From Cyanophora paradoxa CCMP329 (Eukaryota; Plantae; Glaucophyta): a stretch of 64,000 nt of DNA. The position numbers and the translations under genes are program-made. Shown piece after piece: positions 35,653 through 49,919 of the stretch (positions within the stretch are counted from its first letter, which is position 1; each line of letters starts with the position of its first letter). The stretch covers positions 124,001-188,000 of the forward strand of contig QPMI01000168.1 of NCBI GenBank assembly GCA_004431415.1, in the 5' to 3' direction. Below the pieces are notes generated by a model that did no database searches, was not told the DNA's origin, and saw only the letters and a list, made by a program, of their open reading frames with translations.

Positions 35653-38600
35653 ATGACACACTCCTCACGCGAAGCAGCCGAAGTTCTCAGTTGGCGGCGC
35701 GAGAGCTCCCCGACGGAGCACGAGCGTCGCGACGGTGCGTCGGCGCAGCGCTGCGGCAGATCGCAATGCGCTTACTATGCGCCAGCGGATCGGAGCGCGG
35801 ACCGGGATCGGGATAGGTCGCCCGGAGGCACTCGCGCGGGGTCGGATCGCATACGCTTCCCCGCCGAGCGACCCCGGCTAGCGCTCAAGCCGCGATCGAC
35901 GCCGACATCATCCGTTGTTGGCGCTCAGGAGTCGCCGCCTCCGCGCGAGCCACGTGAAAAGGAAGGCGGAAAGCACCCGACGCCGCAGTCATTCTACTAC
36001 CTGGATCCCCAGGGCGTAACACAAGGGCCGTTCACGAAGGGAGAGATGGCGGCGTGGCACGAAGCAGGATACTTCACGCCAGACCTCCCGACGCGCTCGA
36101 ACCTGGACACTGTGTTCCAGCGTCTCGACGAGCTTCTGCCGCACATTCTGGGCAAGGCGACTTCCCCGTATCAGCCGGCAACAGCAGACAAGGCCTCTTC
36201 TTCTGCACCAGCCCCCTCGGCCGAGAAACCGCCCATGCAGTCACATGCGGAGACTCACGACATCGATGAGCTCCACAGCAAGCACATTGAGAACCTTCTC
36301 CACGATCACGAAGCCGAAGAGAAATCGCGCCATCCCGCAGCTTCTGCGTGGGCGCCCGCTCCAGTGGACGAGGCCAACATGCATCCGGGCCGAATTCTTG
36401 GGGCGCCGCCGCTTCCCATTCTCCCCCATACATTCGTACCAGGTCCGATGTTCCAGGGCGCTCTCTGCCCCGTGCTGAGATTCACCTCCTTTTCGTGCAG
36501 AGCTTCCCCCATTTCCGGCTCAGATCCCTCCCGTCCAACCAGGTTTTCCACACATCGGTCACATCCCTCCCTTCCATGCTGGCCAGCACGGACCAGGCGC
36601 TCCGATGTTTCCAGGCGCCATGCCACCGCATTTTGGAGGGGACGTACCGCCACACCTTCTTGCACTGCAGCACCTCCACCTGCAGGCGTACCTCCACCAG
36701 TTGCATAGCATGGGCCCGCCCGGCCAGATGCCGCCTCAAGCTCCCCCCCACATGCCCTTTCCTCAAGCACACACTCCTGATCCCGTCGAGTCGGTTTGGG
36801 ATCTCGGGCCCGAACGCGAACAGGCGCTTCCAGCTCCCGCCGCAGGTGATCATCCTCTTGATGAAGATCGACCTTTCTGTTCTTTGCTGATTATTGGTTC
36901 TTTTAGGCGGACCCCCTTCCCAGCTAGAGACCCCGCCCCAGTTTGAGGAGACGCCCGGAGCACATGGTGACTCCGTCTTTGCCATTTTCAGACAGCTCAC
37001 ACTTACCCGCCCTACAGTTCAGGGAGTTGTTCATGATGCTACAGAGAACATCGAGACTGGCGATGTGCAGGACGCCAAACGTGCACCAGCATGGAAGGTG
37101 GCAGATACCCGAAAGAGCACTCTGGCCGAAATCCAGGCGGAAGAGGAGGCCCTTAAGAAATCAAAGATCCAACAGGCGAAGTATTCCCCTCCTTCGGACG
37201 CTGCTCTGGAGGCTGCTGTCGCAATTCCGGATGTGAGACTCGTCATACGGCTCTCGGATAAGCTTTTCTTTGATCCTTAGTTGCAGGCCGCCTCCCCTGG
37301 TGGTGAAGAGAACGTCGAGGATGCTGGGAGTTTCCAGAAATCGAAATCGAAGAAGAAGAAGAAGCCTTCAAATTCAGCCAGCAAAGTTGAAATCACAGCA
37401 CCCGCCAAGCCGGCCCCTGCACCCGTCAATCAGTCCATGGTGCCAACTCCAAAGCATTCTGTAGCCATGCCCGAACCTCGTGCTCCATCCGTTGCCTCTC
37501 CGGTGCCGGTGCGCCCTGCCGCATTCCCGAGCAATCCATTTTTCGTCTCTAAAGAGAGTTGATCTAGATTGCTCAAGTTGCTCCACCAGTGCGGACCGGC
37601 CCTGTTTGGAAAGCCCCATCAATTGCTCCAGCCCGCACCCTGCAGGAGATCCAGGTGATGATTGACTGCAGCAATACTTGTTGAGGTTTGCGTGACATTG
37701 GTTTCTGTGTACAGGCCGAGGAAGCTCTGGAACAAAAACGACGCCTTGAGGAGCAGATGCGCATGGAAGCTGAAGCACGTGATGAGGACAGGCGCACAAC
37801 ATCCAGCTCAGGGCCTTGGGGCGCCCGACCTGTAGCTGCTCCCAGCCTGCGCGAGATTCTCATGCAGGAGAAGGCTATGGCATCCACATCATCTGTGCAG
37901 AGCTCATCGAGTGCTACTTCTGTGTCACCTGCGCCACGCGTCGTTCTTGCACCCGTCCGCACAGCGAAGGTGGAAACCGTCTCGTCATCATCTGTCTGGG
38001 GTTCTGCGGCACCTTCCAAACCAAAGACGCTTGCTGATATTCAGGTTGGTCATCAAGTGATGTTTCCACATTCCTCGCTCCGCATAATCAGTCCCGTCTC
38101 CCTGTCCTGCAGGCCGAGGAGCTCGAGAGCAAACAACGAATGACGCAAGTTCAGCATACTGTTCCACCACCGACGTCATCCTTGCCCTTCTCGTCAGCTT
38201 GGGAGCGAGGCGCTGTGAAGGCTGTGCCAGTTGTTACGCCTGCTCCGCCTGTGAGCAGCAGCTCGCCTGCACCATCACCAGCAATCCAGCGCGCTGCCAC
38301 GCGAGCAGCAGTGTCTCCATCGGTGGAAACCAAGAAAATACCCGACGATGATGACAACTTCTGGGACACTCCTGATGAGCCCCCAAGGATGGTTCGCCAA
38401 ATCATGTTGTGCTTTGTCGCTTCTTATATGCGTTCCACAGGACAAGACCCAGAATAAAAAGCAGGCATCGCAGAAAGGTGCAGCGCCGATCCAGCAACAG
38501 CATCAGCAACAGGACAATCTCGCTCTCTGGTGCGAGAGGCAGCTGCGGGACCTGAGGTGTGTTCCACTACACACTTCTGCCTTTGCGATTCTTGCCTTAA

Positions 38601-38997
38601 AGTTCCTCGGAACCAGGCTGGACATTGATACGGAGACTTTGCTATCTATTTTTTCAACTGAGATGTCTGATGGCGAGATGCGAGATTACCTCCGTGACAT
38701 CCTTGGGGAGTCTTTGGGCACTCGAAATGTCCGCCGCTTTTCGTTATTGTCATCTCCTCCACCAACTCTGTTCCGCAGTTCGCAGAAGAGTTTATCCAGC
38801 GTTGGCGATTGACTCCGATTCCGAAGGCTGGCTCTCCTCAAGCTAGCAGCCTGTCAGGCTTCTCAACCCAGGCGAAGGCAAAGGGCAAGAAGGGGAAGAC
38901 AAAGGCCGTCCCACTCGCTCTCTCTTTTTCGGTCGCGAGTGAAAATAGGCCTAACCGAGGGGAGATCGTAGGCAGCAGTAGCTCCCTGCACCCGTGA
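35653..38997 (+). CDS. GYF-domain protein, GIGYF/EXA1/Smy2-like
   Basis: FYYLDPQGVTQGPF..EMAAWHEAGYFTPDL; SLREILMQE and TLADIQ motifs; C-terminal LWCERQL and KGKKGK..NRGEI; start codon uncertain. Confidence 0.85.
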
Positions 38998-39887
38998 ATC
39001 AGTCCGATTGCATACATTGTGTGCCCACGTGAATCAGTCCGGCGGTCTGTCCATGCATTTTGTTTTGCATGCATTGGTCTGTGCTAACATCTGAGATTGT
39101 CGCCGGCTGAGAACTCGGGAAGTGCACGTGACGACTGGGTCATGCACATAGCGCTTGCTTGATGTACGTAGTTGCTTGGCTCAGCGGCTTGTACTACGGC
39201 CTGTGATGGTAGGCCCTCCGGATCCATCAGACTTCGGCGGGGGCCCCCCGGGCCCCTAGGCCTTCGGGGGTGCACTTTATCGAATTCATCAGATGGGGTC
39301 CCCCGGCCCCTTTGGCACCGGTGCCGGCGCCCAGGTGGGTTACCCTCTTTAAAATTTCCCTCACAGGCGCTGTCCCGCACAACCTCGTACCGTAGTTTTA
39401 GAGAAAGTCGTAGGGATCTGGGAGAGCTTTAGGAAATGAAATTGAAAAGGAAATCCAACCAAATTGCCAACATGGGCCGCCCTGCGCGCCCATAGCTTGA
39501 GAAAGAGCAGTAGAGAGTAGCAAGATGGCCCTTGCCGGTTGCCTGCAAGCATGTGTCTACATCATGTGCAGCTGCTAGCTGCTAGCTGCTGCAAGCATGT
39601 GTGCATACAAGCAATGCTGCTAGCTTACATCATGCGTCTACGCTGAACGCATGTACACCCGCCTGAACTCGAACACACGTGTACCCCCCACCCCGCAAAG
39701 GCAGTATCTCCTGGTGCCCCAACTCGACGAGATTCAACACACGCTGGCCCAGTTCCACAGGGGGTGCACTACCTCCTTGGGGCCTCCAGGAATTTCGGCT
39801 GGCTCGCATTGCATCCGCACCGGTAGTCCTGGCTGACCCATCGTTGTATCCAGCTTGTCCAGAGCTCCAAAGCAAATTGCCCCATCC

Positions 39888-41968
39888 TTACATTCTTGAG
39901 AGCCTCTCATGCAGACGCTGGTAGAGCTCCATCTGGAACACGGATGCAGGCGTCGGATAAAACCCCATAACGTCAGGTCCAGACAAACCTGCTGAGATGC
40001 AGGCAACCTCATGATTTTGTTAAGGAGGCTTGTCACATCAATTGTTGAACTCCGAATGAATGTCAGGTGATATACGTAAGCAAAGAGCCCTGCAATACTG
40101 AATTTAAGCGAGCAATGATGCAAGGTGTGACGAAAGGCACCCGTAATGAATTGGCCTGCGAGTCCACGTCAGAATTTCATAGCAATAAGCCAGCATAAAC
40201 ACGCACAGTCCATCCGATCTGTGATTCCCCCATGGCCTGGAATCGTCCCGGAGAAGTCCTTCAGCTTGAACGCCCGCTTGAAGCCACTTGCGAAGAACCC
40301 CCCAAATGGAGCAACGATGGATGCAAAGAATGCGAAGATCAACGAGTGAAGTTGGATGGGTAGCACGGTAAGCGTTGCCCTGTGTTGTCCAAGCTACCGA
40401 GTTGCTTAGCGCCAGCATCGAACCTGAAGAAAGAAACAGAACAAGCTTTACCACATGAGACATGAATGCAGGAAGACGATACTGTTGGGGCGAGAAGATG
40501 GAGTCTGGGTCGCAATGGATGGTGTCTGACAGGAAATCCTGGCAAGCGAAGGTGAGACGAGACAATTCAACAAAGCCAAGGCGTCGAACCGGCCGAGGGC
40601 AGATCATCCAGTCAAATTGAGTGAGGAACTTGGCCCAAAAGAACCCAAAAATCAAGGTAGAGATCATTCCACCAATGAAGCCCTCCCAGGTCTTCTTAGG
40701 AGAAAGCTTTATCAACTGCAATCACATGAGCATCCATTGTTGGAGACAGACGCAGATATTCAGACCGGGTGGCGACCCAAGAAGTAGCCGAACAGGTACG
40801 CTGCATGCACCATGGGCATGTTTTGAGGTCGAAAAAGAAAGCAGGCGGACCCGTGATATCATTCATGATGACCAGACTTGCAGGCAACACAAACCAGATG
40901 AGGCCCTCGTACACATTGTTGATCCTGTCATGGGGCCAATGAGCTCATGGTGGAATAGCGCTCGACATGATGCACACATGAAGTTCGATTGGACGACAAC
41001 AATGAGTAGCACCATATGAATCCAAGCAAACTGCTGGAATTGATATCTAACTACGGGTGAGCCAACCAGAGAAAAAGGCCGAGATAAGAAAACATACTTG
41101 TAGGTGTTCTCGTCCCGAAGACTCCAGACGAACGCCATAAACCCTGCAATGGGTACGTTCAAAAACTAAACTTTACCATGACTGCACTGCACGCAAACAT
41201 ACCGCACACGTAGAGGGCGAAGGAGATGAAAAAATGGTACCGCACGAGCGGGACAATGGGAATCTTCAGCGACGTGGACGCAAGTATGTACTTCTCCACG
41301 TATCCAAGAGCGCCCTTCCCGTAAACGAAGAAAAGACAGGTAGCTAAGAAGTACCTGGGGAGGGCAATCGTTCGATTGAAAGCGCGTAAGAGCGAGAGAA
41401 AAAGAACCCGCACCAGTGAATCGTCTTGAAATATGGTATTCTCCTTTCCTGCTTCTTGATCACAGCGCATTTAAGGCCTATGATTTCCTTGAAGGAGAGG
41501 ATCTGAATCCCAATGACCAGCGCCGCAACTGGCGACGGTGCGGTGTGGGAACGGAGAGGGAGCCGAATGCGCGACCGCGAGCCCATACCGTATACGTGAC
41601 CAGCGTACAAGATGAGGAAGAAAGCGACGATCATGAGGAACGTGCTCGCGGACCGGACTGCGAAGTTCCGGAGCTTGGAGGGCTGTCTTGCGGACGATGC
41701 CGCCATTGGCTGGGCAGCCGAGCCGCCGTATCCGCCATTGGAAGTGCGGACGGGGGAGTTAGCACCAGCGCGCGGAACGGCTGCGTCCCGGTCAGACCGA
41801 TCCCTGTCACCGGCGGGATTCGCCCTCCTCCGAGCGCGCGAACTGCGCGTACGTTATACGCGGCGCAGAGTCTGCGTGCGGGGACGGCAGCCGGTCGCAC
41901 CGCTGGGGGCTGGCTGATTGCTCTCTCTCGCTGCTCGCCGTACGACCCGGGTTGCGTCGCCCGGCCAT
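39888..41968 (-). CDS. CDS: Phosphatidate cytidylyltransferase (CDP-DAG synthase)
   Basis: [69 protein letters not shown]. Confidence 0.96.
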
Positions 41969-42194
41969 CCCGCGGTTGCTGCGAGCTCTGTAGGCGCGCC
42001 CAGAGCGACGCAGCCGACTCAGGAGGGCACTGCACTTGTACCCCCAACACACCCCTGGGCCCTGTCACTCACTGTCACTCAGGCACACTGACGCAGCGTC
42101 CACAGCACACGCAGGCACATCGGCACTGCAGTTTAGCTGCACCCGGAGCGAATACGGTACTCTACGTTGCACCGCTCCGATTCTAGCGGCGACG

Positions 42195-43361
42195 ATGTTT
42201 GCGGCGCCGGCGGCCCTCGCCGGCCCCGCGCGCATCATTCCTGGATGCGTTGGGGACCGTATCACCTGTGACGTTGATGTCACGCGGCGGCGGCCCTCCG
42301 CAACGAAGTCCCCCATGTTGATCGGACATATCTCCTCCCCGTCACAGGCCGCGCTGTCTCGCGCCGGGCCGCCGATCTTTATGGCCGCTAGGCGGCAAGC
42401 GGACACGGGAGACGGATCCGAAGACCCCAGCCAAGCGCAGCCGGCGCTGCGGACCCGGTCCGGCAAAGGAGAGGGCCGACAGCTGCCCCTGCGGGTTGAG
42501 GAGGGAGGCCGTGCGAGTCCGAGTAAACCTGCGCGGCGCTTAGTCGAAACTCCGCCTCAGCGCGAGGACCTGCTGGATTTGGGTCTCACGTTGGAAGATC
42601 TCCCGACTCCGCTGCGGCGGGTGGAGCGCTCCAAAGTTGTCTTGGAGAGCGAGGATTTCCTCGAGGAAACAGCCGGACTGCTGAACCTGTGAGTTCGATC
42701 CTCCGCATGTGCATCACTGTTAATTTCAAACTGGATTGCAGGTCGCCAGACGCGTTCCCGCGCGCGCTGCGCTCGCGCCTCTTGAGAGTGGAGAAGAACC
42801 GGCCGGATGAGCCAATCGTACAGTTCCTGCTTTCGACCGGAATAGACCGACACGATCTGAATGAAATGCTCGAGGCCTACCCTCGTTTATTGAAAGTCAA
42901 AGTCACGGACGCGCTTCAACAGGTGCTTCTGCGAGCTCACTAACACTTGCAACTCGACAAATGCGCTGACCCCCTGTGCAGAAAGTGGACTTCCTTTTCG
43001 TTCAGCTCAAGATGGGCCCTGAAGAGCTTGTGGAGTAAGCCCATCACAAATTCTTGGCGTTGACCCCGTCCTGGCTTACACGGAATTGCAGATTTCCGCA
43101 GTATTTGACATATGATCTGAACACAAGGATCCACCCGAGACACGCTTTCTTGTCTATAACACGCCTACGAGAACGGTTCTTCAGACCAAGACTTGCAACA
43201 TGGGTGAGTCCTTCTGTCTTATCATCGCAACGAGTCTGATGCATTTGCAGATTACGCCGAGTGATCCTCGCTTTGCGCAGCACGTTGCGAAGCGCACAGT
43301 CGAGGAGTACTCGCTCTTCCTCTCCGAGTTTCTGGCCAGCATTGAAGGAAAGCAATTCTGA
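42195..43361 (+). CDS. mTERF-domain protein with an organelle-targeting-like N-terminal extension
   Basis: FLLSTGI..EMLEAYPRLL, KVDFLF, FPQYLTYDLNTRIHPRH, SDPRFAQHVAK.TVEEY. Confidence 0.75.
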
Positions 43362-43446
43362 ATTAGGATCCAGTGCTGATGTGTATTCAAAATTTCACAT
43401 AATATTTTTTTACGATTACGATTACGTTTCCGCTAGCTGCTATTAG

Positions 43447-43620
43447 ACGTAGAGGCCTGTAGGTGGCCACACCTCCCTTTTCAGTCGGACGGGGCACCCC
43501 TCCCTTCGGGGGCTCCAGCGGGTTACGTTCTTTATTTTCCCGAACAGTACAGGTATCTGTTTCAAGCGCAAGGAGGATTCTGCGCGCGGTGGCGCCCGTG
43601 GCATGGAAAGAGCAATTCTA
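43447..43620 (+). repeat. Decayed copy of the stop and 3' flank of the gene at 51268-51600
   Basis: cgtagaggcctgtag.tggcc.cacctccctt...gcgggttacg.tctttattttcccgaacag shared with 51596-51775. Confidence 0.85.
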
Positions 43621-44000
43621 AATGTGATTTTGGCGCCTCTGAGATGCACTCGAGGCGAGCTCCTGCACGTCCCCGCCGTGCCCGCCCACCGAACCCCCCC
43701 CCCCCCCCCCCCTCCTCCTCAGAAAACACCTGTACCCAGGCTGGACTTGGCAGCGGCCTTGGCAGCCTTGAAGCCGTGGCGCCCGGCGCTGCCTGGCACG
43801 CTGGCAACGTCGAAGCTGCATAGCGTTTGGATTTGAAGTCAGCGCATACGTCGGCATCGTCGGCATTGGCATCTAGCTCGATATCGACCGCACAATCTGG
43901 CATCGCGCGGACGCTGAGCGACATCGAAAACCCTCTCTTGACGCGTTCAATCTCCCGCATACCACGGCGCACATCGGCAGCGCCGGCCGCGGCGGGCCGG

Positions 44001-45450
44001 ATGGCCGCCGCCACGCTTCCGACATCAAGCTCGCTGTGCAGTGCGTCGGCACCGGCCCGCGTTTCAATACGCGTCCTTGTAGTCAATGCGCACGCAGACT
44101 TGCCCCAGAGGAGGCCCCGTTCGTGCAGATCGAGCGGGTCTGCGCTGTGTGTGCGCGGCAGATCAGCAAGTACGCGTGTCCTCGCTGCAACATTCGGTAT
44201 TGCTCCATCCAGTGCTACAAGGTGAATTTATTTCCATACATTCCCAGAACGCGCTCACAAAACGTCAGGGGCACTCAGGCCGTTGCGTGTCCGAGTTTGC
44301 GAACGAACAGGCTAAGGCAAGTCTCCAGGGCCAACGCGCAGATGACGCTTCAGCTCGCGAGGTGCAAATTTCGTGAGAAACCTCCGTGGTATATCTGATG
44401 CGAAGCAGATATTGGAAATTCTGCGTCGAATGCCGCTCGATGACTCGGACGGCTCGGATGCAGAGGATGACGAAGGCGGCGTCAAAGAAGATGTGCTGAA
44501 ACGTCTTTCACAGCAGCTTTCAACGGGTGTGCTCGCCGTTCACGCAGCAGGCTGGCGGTTGCAAACTTTTCATGTGCAGGGGCTTCTGCTGAGGAAGTTC
44601 TTGCGGGGATGCCAGAAGAGTTGGTCAAAGAATTCCAGCAGAGTTTAGCAAATGGAGAGCTGTCGGAACACGTCGAGCTTTGGAAACCCTTCTGGAGCCC
44701 TGAGATTGCTGTGAGGGTCTCAGCTTACCTCTGTTGTCTTTTGGCTGCTCACTTCTGCTGAACAGATTCGTGATATTCCTCAAGTTGTGGGCGCTCCTCC
44801 TGAAATTCAGTCTCTGACCAAGGTTGAGCCCTCGAGCGAGCTCAAGTACCATGCAGTTAATGTCATGTACGTAAATTTGAGACCATATGAAACCGCAGTT
44901 GTGTAATCTGAAAAGGTGGCCCTCAGTTATGCCTACGCAAGTACATGTCGATATTACAATGGCGCCTGGAGGGATGACTCTGTGAATGCCGCTGCAACAT
45001 TCATGCAAATCGCAAGAGTTGTCAGCGAAAACGCTCAATATCAATCTCTCGTTGATGCCCTGGACGGCTCTGTATCGCAGGCCATGCAGGTACATTAAAG
45101 CTCGTCTTGTTCCTTTTCAGTCCTGCATATCCTCTCTGATGGAAGTTTATTCAACGCCCCAGCCAAGCCCCGGATTCCCTCGGAAAGCAGCGATTGCGCT
45201 CGTCAGGGACGTTTTTGATATACTCTCGTCGAAAGAATTTGTCGATGCTGCTTTCTTCGACTCTTGCGGCATCCTTGATGCTGGGGTCAACGAAATGAAG
45301 AACACCCTATCAAAAGGAGAGTGCCGGCCCCTCAAGCAGGCAAGAGCAAAGCTCATGTTTTTCCGGTCCTGGTTCAGAGCCAAAGCAGACGATTTATTGC
45401 TTCTTAGGACCGATGTAGGACAATACCTGTGTACTTGGAATCATACTTGA
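44001..45450 (+). CDS. ZNHIT2: Zinc finger HIT domain protein, ZNHIT2-like
   Basis: CAVC...YACPRCNIRYCSIQCYK.HS..CVSEF; YAYASTCRYYNG; AKLMFF.SW; start codon uncertain. Confidence 0.8.
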
Positions 45451-46033
45451 AAGTCCAACCCCGTCCGACGATCCAACCTGAAATCGGAAGTCCAGCCAAG
45501 TCCCCTGGCCCGGTCCCACGTGCACGCGTACGGACATTTCCAGTATGCGCATGCATGTGCATACGGGGGGTGCCAGGGTGCGGCATCACGGCATCGTGTC
45601 TAGATCTCAGAGTCTCGGGGCAGCGCAGCGGGGCCTAGGCGGTCTGCAGCTGGTGCTGCCAGGCTGGTGCCCGCCAGCTATACGCTAGCGCTAGCGCTGG
45701 AGGTGAAGGAGAACGCTCAGCGGCTTCTGCGAACTATCATAGTATCAAGTGTATAATCTACACTAATGCGCAACTTGGCAACGGCAGCATGGAGACATTT
45801 GAGGCAGCATGCGCAACGTTAACGCCCGGGCTACAAGCTAATGTGGATCCGGATTGCATACAGTGCGCCGAACAGTGGGCTGCAGCTGGCCATGGAGCGA
45901 ACATTCGACCGCTTGCAATTGTGTACCCCCAGCTCGCGCCCCAGTGGCCCCGCGGCTTTAGAGCGAGAGTAGCGCTCAAGAGTAGCGCGTTTTGTTAGCT
46001 AAAAGCGCTTGGGCGCTCCTTTCGTTAGCTGCC

Positions 46034-49000
46034 ATGGAGAGCGCCGACGCTGATCGGCCACGGCGACCGGTGCTGCGGACGCACTTCGAGGTCGGAAGCA
46101 CTCTGTCTATGTTCTACACGGGTGGAAGAGTGCGTCGCTTGCAACTCTTGTCTCGCGCGGGGCGGCTGAGTTTTGCGGCAGGTTGCTGTGCTTCCCAGCG
46201 AAGACGCGCTTGCGTGCCCCTGCGCGGAGAAGATTAAGATCGTCGATCTCGAGACCGGAGACGTTCGCGTATCGCTAGCTGGGGTGAGACCTGGCACTCT
46301 GTTCTCGCGATAGTCAGCGCTAGCTGCCCACGTGCGACTCGCGCCCAGGACTCGGAGGTCATCACGGCACTGGCAATTCATCCAAGCGGGTTAATCGCAG
46401 CGGGTGCCAGCCGCTCTCTGCAGCTGTACGTGTGGGACCTGGAGACGGGTGCTCAGAAGCGCGTGTTTCGGGTGCGCTTGCCGTGCTGCGTACGCTGGGT
46501 CAGCGCACCTGGGAGAATGCGAGAGGCCGCAGGCTCACGAGGGGAATGTCGTCACTGCAATGGAGTTCGATTCGACTGGCCACTACCTTTGCACAGGCGC
46601 CGCTGACGGGACAGTACGCGTTTGGGATTCTGAGGGCTGGTATTGCACGCATCAGTTCAAAGGCCACCGTGCGGTGATCACGCGCATCTTGTTCCACCCG
46701 GATCCGCATCGGTACATGGTCATCACTGGCGCTGAGGATGGGTCTCTGCGTTGCTGGGACATGGTTTCAAAGAAGAGGTACGAGACTCGGCTTCAGCGAG
46801 GCTCTCTTTGTCTAAACTAGCTCGCAGCACGAGTTCTGAGCTTGCTGGACACGATTCCGCAATCACGGGCATTGCCGTCTCTCCCTGTGGATGGCTCTTG
46901 GTTTCTGGATCCAGAGACAAAACTATGAACGTCTGGGATCTCCGAAAGTTCCTGCTATTGACATCAGCACCTGTTTACGAGGTGAATTGGGGCCACTTGC
47001 ATCGTCGGCTTTTGCTCACGCTTAGCCCCAGGCTGTTGAAAGCATCCGAGTACTTCCAAGCGACATGCAGATTCGTGAAAAAGTGGGCGAGAATCGGAAG
47101 CCATCGTTCAAAAGCTCAAAGAAGGGCGCCTCATGTAGGTGTGGGCTCTTGTACCATGCATCGCTTGTCACGGGCTGCAATTCATGTGTCCTCTCGTGCA
47201 GTGCATTCGAAGTATTGGTCGTCGGTGATCGAGGAGAGCTTCGGGTTTTCGATCTCCAGCGACAACCTTCAGATTCGTGGATGGCCACGTCCTGTTTTGT
47301 ACAGGCGAATAAGATATCGGGCACAGTGTATAAAGATGTAATGTACGCTTTGAGTTTATTTCCTTGGTTGTTGATCTGTTCCTGTATTCATTTTTTCTCA
47401 GCGTGCTCTCGGCAAAGCACCAGATTATCTCTGTTTCAGCAGAGCACAACATCGAAGTGCTCGATTTCCTGGAGGAAGACCCTGCTTCACAGCGCTTTTC
47501 TCTGCGAAAGGTCTTGCTCGGGAACATGGATGAATTGATTGATGTGTGCTACATCGCCTCAAGCAGTTACGTTGCCGTTGCAACGAACTCTGAGCACGTG
47601 CGTCGCTTGCTCGTTTCTTTTTTGTTACATCTTAGAAGTTCGGCAGGTTAAACTTCTTGACCTGAAAACGAGGAATTGTCAAGTTCTGGTTGGACACACT
47701 GGAATTGTTCTGTCGCTTGCAGTCGCTGTCGATGGGCAGCTTCTGGCATCGGCCGGAAAAGATAACACTGTGCGGGTGTGGAGTTTGACCAAGGAAGATG
47801 CTACAGGCTCGATGCAATCCTGGTGAGTGCTCGAGTGCTCCTGCTGTTACCCAATTGTGATGATGACATGCAACCGGCTGCAGCAGTGTAGCAATTGGAA
47901 ACGGCCACACTGCAAGTATTGGCGCCGTCTCCTTCTCGAAGAAGACGAAAAATTTTGTTGCAAGCGTAGCAGAGGATCGAACCCTGAAGGTCTGGGACTT
48001 GAGGCCTCTGGGTAAGTGCATTACCTTCGATTTTCGGTCAAAACACTATTTTTTATTTTTTACACCCAGCAGCCAAGCACAAGATCGATAATGCCCCCAA
48101 CGAACTCCAGCTCAAAGCAGCTGCCACTGTCATTGCGCACAATGGCGACATCAACTGTGTTGCAGTCTCTCCGAATGACAAGTTCATCGCAACTGGATCC
48201 CAAGACAAGACTGTCAAGGTCAATCTATGTCTTCCTCGTTTGCTGTTTGAATTCTTACCTGATCATGAACTTCTGAAGATATGGGCGCTGTCAGAAGGCA
48301 AGGCCCAATCACTTACACTTGCTGGCACGTGCACCGGCCACAAGCGAACAATATGGAGTGCTGCGTTTTCGCCTGTCGATCTCTGCTTGGCTTCATCTTC
48401 GGGGGACCAGACCATTAAGGTGCCTGTTAAACGTATTGCTGGTTTGTTTGACTGGCGCCCTCACTCGTTGCAGATCTGGTCATTGACAGACTTCACATGC
48501 TTGAAGGTTATCGAACTCCCTCAATCATATTTGCTTTTTCTCATTCCCGACCTGCTGCAGACACTCGAGGGCCACACGAACTCAGTCTTGAGATGCTGTT
48601 TCATTTCTAGTGGCATGCAGGTAGGATGACACCAGCACAACTTTCCATCGTTGTGTGGTCATTGACGATTCACAGATCCTATCCACGTCATCTGACACGC
48701 TTGTGAAGCTCTGGAACGTGAAGACATCCGAGTGTGTCTCGACAATGGATGCTCACTCTGACAAAGTGCATTCTATTCCACATGTTCCTGTCTGCGTGCT
48801 GATTGCTCTTTTTGAACAGATTTGGGCACTGGCGGTGCATGCCAACGAGGAAGAGTTTATCACAGGGGGGTCTGATAGCGTCATGAATATATGGGCCGAC
48901 AAGACAACAGCAGTCGCCGAGGAGAAGACCCGAAATCTGGAAATGAACATTCTGCAGTATGGTTTTTTTCCCTTGGCTCCCTCGATTTTGCTGAATCGCC

Positions 49001-49808
49001 CGCTCAGGGAGCAGCAGTTGGCGAATTTTATCCGTCAAAAGGAGTTCCTGAAGGCTGCAGAGATTGCGTTCAGGCTTGATCGGGTGCACATCTTGTCGTG
49101 GTGGAATGATTCTATCTCTGCTGATGCACTTGCAGCCTCTGCGTTTGTTAGGAGTGTTGGAAAGCCTTCTAGCACAGTCGGAAGGTACTTGTGTGTCTAG
49201 CAATGGCTTGTCGTGATCCCAACAGTGTGCAGGTTCTCTGACGGAATTTCTAGAGCAGCTGTCTGCTGCTCAAGTGACGAAAGTCTGTTTACTTCAAGCA
49301 TTGGAGCGCTCCATCCACTAACATGCCCAAAACAGTTGTTGCACTACATTCGGGACTGGAACACCAGTGCACGGCATGCCACAGTTGCACAGGTCTGCCC
49401 TCTATTCCATCCCTCGATCTCCTTGCGATTTCAGCTTTCATACAGATGGTGCTGGCCTCGATTCTCCGCTTGTTCCCTCCAGAAGAGATACTCAAATCCT
49501 CCAATTTCACGGAGGTTCTTTTCAGCAAAATGTATTAGAATGCCCGGTTTACACATCTAACGCTCTCCTGCATTCCCGTGCAGTTGCTTGCAGGATTGAT
49601 ACCGTACACGGAACGACACTTGGCACGTGCCCTGCGTCTCTACAGATCATCATTTCTGCTTGATGGGACCCTGTCATCCATGGCAATCCTTGCACCAGAA
49701 AGTACCGTATGCACTACACAGTATGGCTGCGAGTCGCATGTGTACTGATATGCCATGTCACAGGCCGAACAGGCATCCAAGAAGAGGAAGGTGAGGAGTG
49801 GTGACTGA
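46034..49808 (+). CDS. TBL3: U3 snoRNA-associated WD protein TBL3/Utp13
   Basis: FYTGG, YCTHQFKGH, VAVATNS, IATGSQDKT, GHKRTIWSAAFSPVD, IRDWNT, LIPYTERH. Confidence 0.93.
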
Positions 49809-49919
49809 CCGCGAAAACGGAAGAGCTGGAGGCGAACACGGGAGTGGTGCAAGGGAGGGAGGGAAGGAGGGAAGGGCGCCAGCCCAGGAGATCTACAAGG
49901 CCCTAGAGTCAATCAGTGA

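Noticed and set aside
43562-44086. 174-aa minus-strand ORF
   Set aside because: Non-ATG start, runs through a poly-C tract and a repeat, and overlaps the ZNHIT2 start
47823-47883. GTGATGA C-box-like motif in a TBL3 intron
   Set aside because: Intron too short; no downstream D box or terminal stem
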